Assembly (NCBI GenBank): GCA_054661495.1
Contig: BAAFSQ010000317.1
Span: 1 to 10,719 of the forward strand
Length of the DNA stretch: 10,719 bases
Direction of reading: 5' to 3'
DNA from: Zygophlyctis sp. KS116
Lineage: Eukaryota > Fungi > Chytridiomycota
The translations under genes and the position numbers were made by a program. Positions 1 to 7,070 of the stretch are shown piece after piece (within the stretch, counting starts at the first letter, position 1; each line of letters opens with the position of its first letter). The notes beneath the pieces are model-generated. The model saw only the letters and a program-made list of their open reading frames with translations. It searched no databases and was not told the DNA's origin.

Positions 1-169
1 CGTCCTCTGAAGAGCTATCATCGCGCATTACCTTTTCATCTCTTGTTCTGGAAGATCGGCGAACAGGTGCATTAGCAGAAGTCGTGTCTGTAAACTTTAC
101 AGACTTAACCCTCCTCGATTCGCTATACAGGATGGGTCTCCCTTGGTGGGTGGAGTGTAAAGTACAAAA

Positions 170-200
170 CTAACCCTAACCCTAAAACCTAAAGCTAAAA
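170..200. repeat. Short telomere-type (TAACCC/TTAGGG) tract decaying into variants
   Basis: CTAACCCTAACCCTAA at 170-185, followed by AACCTAAAGCTAAAA. Confidence 0.6.
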
Positions 201-232
201 CTCTTCCTACATTTTTATCAAAAAACTGGTCC

Positions 233-240
233 AAAAAAAA
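233..240 (-). terminator. Pol III oligo(T) terminator of tRNA-Phe
   Basis: T8 run on the minus strand, 1 nt after the tRNA discriminator base. Confidence 0.8.
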
Positions 241-241
241 T

Positions 242-314
242 TGCCGAAACTAGGGTTCGAACCAAGGACCTGAGCATCTTCAGTGCTACGCTCTCCCAAC
301 TGAGCTATTTCGGC
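242..314 (-). tRNA. tRNA-Phe(GAA), intronless
   Basis: Reverse complement is GCCGAAATAGCTCAGTTGGGAGAGCGTAGCACTGAAGATGCTCAGGTCCTTGGTTCGAACCCTAGTTTCGGCA. Acceptor stem GCCGAAA/TTTCGGC, D arm GCTC/GAGC, anticodon loop CT-GAA-GA, T loop GTTCGAA, no encoded CCA. Confidence 0.97.
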
Positions 315-712
315 TACGATTCCAGAAAATCTCAGTTTTTTATATTCGTAATTACACGAGTTATTATCTGTTTTTTAAGATTTTTTTTGTTAAAGGCTTG
401 ATCCGTAAGGCTTAATTTAATGAATCTTTTATAAGAATAAATAGGAATGAATGGTCACAAATATATCCATACTGATTGGTGCGCGATTCGGCCAAGTATT
501 GCTGCTAGAAATTCAACTTGGCATGAATCTATTCTACTTTAGTAATAGTTTTATACCAAATGGAAATTCAGGTTGAAATATTATTTGATAAATTTGATTT
601 TTGAAATCAATGATTGATTATTTGCATTTTAATGCGTGTTTTGTTATGTAGAGACTTGTTTGATAAAAATAAGCAATGTGCACCTTGATTAAAATATAAT
701 TTTCTAAACTGG

Positions 713-1336
713 ATGATCTTCACATTTCTTAGTATCCTTAAATCTTTAACTCAAAGAATCAAGGGCGAGGAAATGAAAATGATTTCAAATGCAGAATGTA
801 TGGCTTATTTTGGGATAGAAAAGTCCGATTTAATTCCAGGTCTCACATATATTCCATCCGCTCTAAGTCCCAAGGCATGTGATGAGTTGATATCAATGAT
901 TGAAGCTAATAATTGGTTCATGAATGGGAATCAAATGATTTTTTTTGGAAATTTACCTGAATGGTTAGATCCAATATATGAAATCGGAGTAAGGATGTTA
1001 CCTGGAATCAAGAGAATGCCACTATTCGACCAATGCATTGCTAATTATTATGAAAATTCTCAAGGGATCAATGATCACATCGACTTGCTAAAGTTTGAAG
1101 ATGGAATTTTAATTGTTTCGATATCAGGAACTTGTACAATGGATTTTAAGAAAAATGATGAGATTGTTTCATTCTTTTTAAGATCGGGGGACGCAATCAG
1201 CCTATCGAGTGAAGCAAGGTACGAATGGAAGCATGGAATTCCAGAAAGACAAGTTGACTATGATGATGCTGGTCAATTAGTCAAAAGGACACAAAGAATT
1301 TCAATCACTCTTAGAAGCTTGATGAAGGATTACTAA
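713..1336 (+). CDS. AlkB-family 2-oxoglutarate/Fe(II) dioxygenase, catalytic domain only; true start may be ATG 773 or 779
   Basis: IPGL N-terminal motif, N-Y-Y, HxD (DHID), distal His (WKHGI) and C-terminal RISITLR. Confidence 0.88.
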   Translation: MIFTFLSILKSLTQRIKGEEMKMISNAECMAYFGIEKSDLIPGLTYIPSALSPKACDELISMIEANNWFMNGNQMIFFGNLPEWLDPIYEIGVRMLPGIKRMPLFDQCIANYYENSQGINDHIDLLKFEDGILIVSISGTCTMDFKKNDEIVSFFLRSGDAISLSSEARYEWKHGIPERQVDYDDAGQLVKRTQRISITLRSLMKDY

Positions 1337-1468
1337 AAAATTGTATACCATGATTCATCTTTTGCAACGTATTTAAAAATGAAATATATATATATTATAT
1401 TATTATAAGTATAGCTGGAATTAGAGAGATTCAGAATTCAATTTGAGTTTAGGAGTGTTTAGTTTTGG

Positions 1469-2542
1469 ATGCGTCAAATCAAGATCTTCTCTGGATCTTC
1501 TCACCCAGAGTTTGCATCTCTTATCTTGGCTCGTCTTGGGATTCCAAGTGCTCCTGCTTACCTTAAACGATTCAATAATAATGAGATATCTGTCGAGCTT
1601 GAAACATCAGTTCGTGATCATGATGTGTTTATCATACAATCGGCATCTCCTGCGATTCACGATAACATTATGGAACTTTTAATCACCATTAATGCTTGCC
1701 GTTTGGCATCTGCTGCAAGAATTACCGCAGTAGTGCCTTGTTTTCCTTACAATAAACAGTCTAAAAAGAAATCAAGGAGTGGCATCACCTGCAAATGTAA
1801 GTTAATTAATGTTAATTAAAGTATTGGCAAATATGTATGATTATAAAGTATTCTTAGAATAGGTTAAGAGTCGCAGGCGTTGATCATGTCTTGACTTTAG
1901 ATTTGCATTCAGATATTATCCAAGGTTTTTTTCAAGTTCCAGTGGATAATTTAGTTGCAGAGCCAAGTATTGCAAAGTACATCAATCAGCGGTTTAGTGA
2001 TTCAATGAGTAAGTTGTCGATTATTTCCAAGAATGCTGGAGGTGCAAAAAGGTAATAGTAGTTTACTAGATTGCTGAACGTAGAGTTACTTCTTTAGCAG
2101 ATCGTTTAAATGTTGATTTTGGGATCATTCATCGTGAAGTTCATGGTGAAGATGATGTTCATACTATTCTTTCTCTTATAGGACAAGTGAAGGATAAGAT
2201 ATGCTGCATATTAGATGATATAATTGATAATGCGCATTCGTTTTTAGACACTGCTGAACATTTAATGCGATGTGAAGCTGAAGCTGTCTATATTGTTTGT
2301 ACTCATGGAATTCTGTCGGGGTCTTCTCTTATTGACATTGAAAATTGTGATGCAGTTAAAGAGGTAGGCGGCAGCTAGTTAAATTATAGGTTATAGTCAC
2401 AAACTCTTACCCTCTTTCTAAACAGAAAATGCAGGAATGTAGTAAGTTGAGTGTAGTGGATATCAGTGGAGTAATGGCGGAAGCTATTCGTAGAACTCAT
2501 AACGGTGAATCTATTTCGTATCTTTTTCACACTGCAATTTAA
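1469..2542 (+). CDS. PRS1: Ribose-phosphate pyrophosphokinase (PRPP synthetase), fungal Prs1-type, about 320 aa. Exons 1469-1796, 1822-1834, 1863-2051, 2084-2363, 2390-2542
   Basis: Removing four GT-AG introns (25, 28, 32, 26 nt) gives 963 nt in frame and restores [50 protein letters not shown] and [16 protein letters not shown]. Confidence 0.93.
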
Positions 2543-2550
2543 AAAAGACT

Positions 2551-3247
2551 TCAAGATTCAATTTCCTCTACTCGCTTCTTCTTCTTCTTCTTTTTCTTTT
2601 CATGAGAAGCTTCTGGGGTACTTTCTCCCTCTTTTCCTTCAGCTGATCGTTTCTTGGACTTTGAATGCTTTCGCTCCTTTTGACTCTTCTTGTCCGCATC
2701 TGAGTGCATAATGTTTTCGATTTTTTCTGGTGATTTATCAACAATCTTTTCTGGAGTTTCAGAAATATCTTGAGAAATCAGTGCATCAAATGAGCTGATC
2801 AAGGGGCTTGAAGATGGAGTTGCTTCACAAGTTCCAATAGCTTTGAAGATTTTCAATTTTTCTTGGTATTGTTGCTTAGAAAGTTCAGCTTTTTCCAAAT
2901 ATGACTTTTTATCAGCCTCTGAAAGAGCTTTCCAACGCTGACCAAGCACTTTAAAGTATTCATTAGGGCTCAAATCGGGCATTTCAGTTTTAATCACAGG
3001 ATGCATTGCAGTAATGAAGAATTGGTAGGCAGATGTTGCCTGTTTTGGAGCATTAGGATCCTTTTTTTTTCTAGAATTCTTCTTGATCTTATCATGCTCA
3101 GAATCACTCACATTATCATTATCCAATGCACCATTTGAGAGAATTGAAATGATGTCATTGATCCCAGAAGAAACTTTTAAGAGTCCGGCGATTATCTATG
3201 ACTTAATAAGTCCTATTTACCTTGTTATTATCGGTTTGTTGAAACAT
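2551..3247 (-). CDS. HMG-box chromatin protein (Nhp6/Hmo1-like) with Lys-rich tail, about 223 aa. Exons 3247-3221, 3195-2551
   Basis: HMG box KKKDPNAPKQATSAYQFF...LGQRWKALSEADK. A 25-nt intron (3196-3220, GTAAAT...CATAG) links ATG 3247 in frame to the listed ORF. Confidence 0.88.
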
Positions 3248-3303
3248 TTCTTGTAGGGTTGCAGCACTCAAATTTTCAAAGAAATTTTTAAATCAAATTT
3301 TCA

Positions 3304-5434
3304 TTAGTAGCTTCTACCCCAAAGAGTATAGCTTTTTGCTTTTCTAGCGCATGCAAAGCATATCATATTTGGTTCTAATTTTGCTGGTTGGTTAAATGGA
3401 ATACATAGAGTTTTAGCTCCCATGGATGGCGCCTTCTCATCAACTGCCTCCCCAGTATTACTACAAATTTAGTAACAGTTCAAACTTACGATTTAGAACT
3501 TCTTTCTTTCACTGATTCTTCACATTCAATATTTTCACACCATGGAGATAATATTAAGTTCTTTCCATTGAGAGCGATAATAAAATCATCCCACGCATCT
3601 ACTTTAATTAAGTGATCATCGCGTATTTTTTTCGCTTTAGTGAACATATCAGCCTGTATAGTGTCAAGTAAATTGTGTATAGATTTTGAAAAGGTTGTAT
3701 CTATAGCCATTTGGATAGAAACTCCCGTATCTCTGCGTACACAACGAGTTTCATTCTTTTTCAAGTCTTTGGGTCCGACTTCTAATCTAACAGGAACTCC
3801 TTTTAGCTCCCAATGATTGTATTTAAATCCAGGAGTAACATTATCTCTATCATCAACTTTGACTCTTAAACCGTTGGATTTCAGAGCAGAAAACATTTCT
3901 TTGCACTTGGAAAGAATTGCTTCTTTTTCAGCAGGACTTGTTTTAACAGTTATTCCAGTAGGTATAATAATTACTTGTAGAGACGCAACCTTTGGGGGGA
4001 GAACCAATCCCTTATCATCACCATGAATCATCACCATCACACCAATAGTACGTGTGGTTATTCCCCAAGAATTTTGCCATACATGAGCTCTTTTTCCTTG
4101 CTCATTGTCAACGTCAACCATAATTTCAAACATTTTAGAAAAGTTTTGTCCGAGACAATGGGATGTAGCACCTTGAATAGCACGTCCAGTTGTTGGAATA
4201 AAACCTTCTACTGTTGTGGTATATAAACCGCCAGCAAATTTTTCCTTCTCGGATTTTTTGCCAGGTATGACTGGGACCGCAAGTAATTCTTCATATACTC
4301 TTCGGTACAAATCCAAAATTTCTAATACTTCTTGGTCAGACTCTTCCTTTGTAGCAAAAGCGGTATGACCTTCTTGCCATAAAAATTCTCTTGTACGTAG
4401 AAACGGCTGAGGATGTTTGAATTCCCAACGAACAACATTACACCATTGATTCAATCTCAAGGGTAAATCTCTATGACTCTTCAACCAGGATGCATAATAT
4501 GGATACATGACTGTTTCAGAAGTTGGTCTGATAGCAATTGGTTCTGCAAGATCTGACTGTCCAGCTTTAGTCACCCAAGCTACTTCTGGAGAAAATCCTT
4601 CTACGTGATCCTTTTCACGATTTAAAGACTTTTCAGACACAAACATTGGAAAATAACAATCTTCTACTCCCAACTCTTCAATTTCTTTACCAAAAAAGTT
4701 TTGAATTTCTTTCCAAATCTTATAAGCCCATGGCCTTATAATATAACACCCGGAAATATCATAATAATCCAACATTTCCGTTCTTGTAACTACTTGTGTA
4801 TACCAAGAAGAAAAATCCATATCCTTTTTACTAGTAATACCAATTAAAGCTCCTTTATTATTAAGTGTTTGATATACTTACCAGTTTCTACAACTGCTTT
4901 TGAGTCTTTTTCTGTAGAACTGGGTACAGCGGGAGTCTTTGATTGAGCAGGAGCAGTAGAGTTAAAATCCACCAATTCAAAAGATATTTTCAATGAGCCC
5001 AAAAGATCACTCAATTTGTTTGCATCATAAACTAAACTTTTTTCTGAAGAGAAATTTCTGAATGCAATCCCTTGTTCAGAATTTAAAATTCCTTTATCGA
5101 CAAAAAGTTGAATATTTTCAACGTTTCCAAGTGTTGTTAAATTCACTAAAATGTCAAAAATTTAAAATACCATCCATTTTATCCATCCCAAAGACTGATT
5201 TTACTATTTCATCATTTGCACCTCTTGCATCCTTCCCGAGAATTTTGGAGAGCGCCGACGGAGAGCGTTTATCAGTCGTCACAATTACTATTAAATCCTT
5301 TTTTTAGTAAGAATGCATACCTGATTCGGCGCTTTAGAAGAAGGCTTCAAAATCAAAGTTCTAGATCCAACAGCTGGAGCAATCATATTATTCCATTCTT
5401 CAAAAGAAGCTGCAGGAGAATGCTCAAGGTTCAT
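3304..5434 (-). CDS. Cytosolic (eukaryote/archaeal-type) prolyl-tRNA synthetase with N-terminal YbaK/ProX-like extension, about 674 aa. Exons 5434-5321, 5297-5171, 5145-4882, 4852-3490, 3460-3304
   Basis: Motifs IRPTSET, FLRTREFLWQEGH, QGATSHCLGQNF, GAKTLCIPF and terminal CFAC...WGRSY*. Removing introns of 23, 25, 29 and 29 nt gives 2025 nt in frame. Confidence 0.95.
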
Positions 5435-5467
5435 TTTTCTAAATAGTAGCCTAAACACTAGAATTTA

Positions 5468-5747
5468 TTATGCAGTAAATAGTCCAGCAAATAATGCGTC
5501 CATTTTAGAGAGTTTATTAATGTCAGAAATCTTTTCTGTCTTGTAAACTAGAGTCTATTTTTTAAGATTTAGAATTAATACCTTTGGTCCATTTGTGACT
5601 TTTAGGGTCAATAAACCTTTTTTATGTGAATACTTTGAAACAAATCTAGTCTTTTAGTTTTAGAAATTCTAAATTTACAGTCTTTGGACATTCTTTATAC
5701 AATTCTTCCGATTGACTGTAAAAGTCGTCAAATAGATTTAAAAGCAT
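5468..5747 (-). CDS. SRP9: Signal recognition particle Alu-domain subunit SRP9/Srp21, 74 aa. Exons 5747-5679, 5650-5582, 5554-5468; not in the ORF track
   Basis: Splicing out 5678-5651 (28 nt) and 5581-5555 (27 nt) gives MLLNLFDDFYSQSEELYKECPKTTRFVSKYSHKKGLLTLKVTNGPKTLVYKTEKISDINKLSKMDALFAGLFTA*. This fits the SRP9 pattern F...E.LY...P...R...KY.H..G.L..KVT.....LVYKT....D..K. Confidence 0.9.
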
Positions 5748-5931
5748 TGTACCAGTTTTAGGCTAATGTCCAGGTCAAGAATGTACTTAGATTTTTAGGG
5801 CCAGGTTTGGAATCAATTACAACCTAGTGAAGATTTAGTTTTTAAACCATGACCATGAATTGTACTACAAACTGCAAGAATTACATACATTCTGTGATTG
5901 AATTACTTACATAATTCAATGTCAGACAAAA

Positions 5932-5941
5932 ACGCGCGAAA
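5932..5941. promoter_or_regulatory. E2F/SCB-like motif (ACGCGCGAAA; TTTCGCGC on the minus strand) in the divergent SRP9/SDH3 promoter
   Basis: CpG-rich word in AT-rich DNA, 17 nt before the SDH3 ATG. It matches the TTTSSCGC and CGCGAAA consensuses. Confidence 0.35.
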
Positions 5942-5958
5942 TTTTATAATTTGAAAAA

Positions 5959-6494
5959 ATGAATTTTCTATTGAAAAGAGGATCTTTTGCTACTACTGCT
6001 CTTAAATCTGTTAGACTTAATCTTGGCCTGAGAGCTTTTTCTAGACTACCAGAATCTGAATCTAGAAAGTCAACTTTAGAGATTGATGCTTTTGAGCGTT
6101 CTAAATTACTTCAAAGACCAATCTCTCCACATTTAACCATTTACCGTCCTCAAATTACTTCGATAGTGTCAATAGGACATCGAGTAACTGGGGCTGGATT
6201 AGCATTAGGAATGTATTTTGGAGCTATTAGTATTGGACTTGGTTTAACATCTACAACTGACCTTGTCTCTGCTATCCACTCTATTCCAGTATTATTTTAC
6301 ACTGCTAAAGTATTGGGAGCGTCTTCCTTTGTTTTTCATTCTTTAAATGGAATTCGTCATTTGGTAATTTTTAAAAAGATTAATTCAAGTTTTGGGACAC
6401 TGCTTCTTTCTTGTCACTTACAGGAGTTTATAATTCTGCGTATGTAGTTTTAGCAGGGACTGTATTAGGAACATTGGCTCTATTAATGATTTAA
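5959..6494 (+). CDS. SDH3: Succinate dehydrogenase cytochrome b560 subunit, about 169 aa. Exons 5959-6363, 6390-6494
   Basis: Basic, Ser/Thr-rich mitochondrial presequence, RPISPHLTIY and SIGHRVTG. FHSLNGIRHL|FWD is restored by a 26-nt intron (6364-6389), followed by a terminal transmembrane helix. Confidence 0.94.
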
Positions 6495-6539
6495 ATTTCT
6501 ATTTTAATTTTTGAGAATTCCATGAAATTTATTACTGCA

Positions 6540-6635
6540 AGTCTTGGCAGGTGGGAGTCTTGTCAGGTGGAAGTCTTGTCAGGTGGGAAGCCATAAAGGG
6601 ACAAGCAGGAAGGTCTCAAAGGGTCAAGCAGGAAG
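6540..6635. repeat. Compound direct repeats: 3 x 16-bp AGTCTTGKCAGGTGGR and 2 x 18-bp AAAGGGWCAAGCAGGAAG
   Basis: 16-bp units at 6540-6555, 6556-6571 and 6572-6587; 18-bp units at 6595-6612 and 6618-6635 (period 23). Confidence 0.9.
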
Positions 6636-6668
6636 TAAGGGCTGCAGGTGGCGCTAACCTTAAAAAAA

Positions 6669-7005
6669 ATGGTAAAATAATCATTCTAAGAAAATAGACT
6701 AAAGGAACTTCTAGTTTTGGTAAACGTCATAATAAATCACACATTTTATGCAGAAGATGTGGAAACCGATCTTATCATGTTCAAAAGAAAACTTGTGCCC
6801 AGTGTGGATATCCTGCTGCCAAGACCCGAAGATGTAGGATTTGAAAATACTAAAATTAGATGAATGGAGTGATAAAGGAAAACGAAGAAAGACAACTGGA
6901 ACTGGACGCATGAGACATCTCAAGACTCTTCCTAGAAAATTCAAGAATGGATTCAGATCTGGTCAAACTGCTACTCCTAGACAAGTTAAAACTGCTGAAA
7001 AATAA
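6669..7005 (+). CDS. RPL37: 60S ribosomal protein L37 (eL37), 94 aa. Exons 6669-6671 (ATG only), 6698-6833, 6860-7005; not in the ORF track
   Basis: Two 26-nt introns. Product is [68 protein letters not shown]..., with the C2-C2 zinc finger. Confidence 0.97.
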
Positions 7006-7070
7006 ATTTCTATTGTTGGAGATAATCTAGAATTATTCCAGTCAAAAGTAGGTCTGAGTGCTAGGTCCCC

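Noticed and set aside
440-530. SECIS element, snRNA or C/D snoRNA
   Set aside because: There is no proper RUGA/GA quartet, no canonical C box, no U-snRNA signature, and no in-frame TGA in any reconstructed gene.
1384-1407. (AT)n low-complexity run between AlkB and PRS1
   Set aside because: An ordinary AT-rich 3'-end or TATA-like tract.
5468-5503. In-frame upstream ATG (MDALFAGLFTA**) as a ProRS first exon, or as evidence for TAA readthrough or an alternative genetic code
   Set aside because: It is the C-terminus of SRP9. TAA, TAG and TGA all act as ordinary stops in this window.
5891-5926. Iron-responsive element upstream of an SDH subunit
   Set aside because: The loop is CTTACA rather than CAGUGN, and there is no bulged C.
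6540-6635. CRISPR array or CTCF site
   Set aside because: The repeats are abutting or nearly so with no unique spacers, there are no cas genes, and the context is eukaryotic. CAGGTGGCGC resembles the CTCF motif, but CTCF is an animal protein.
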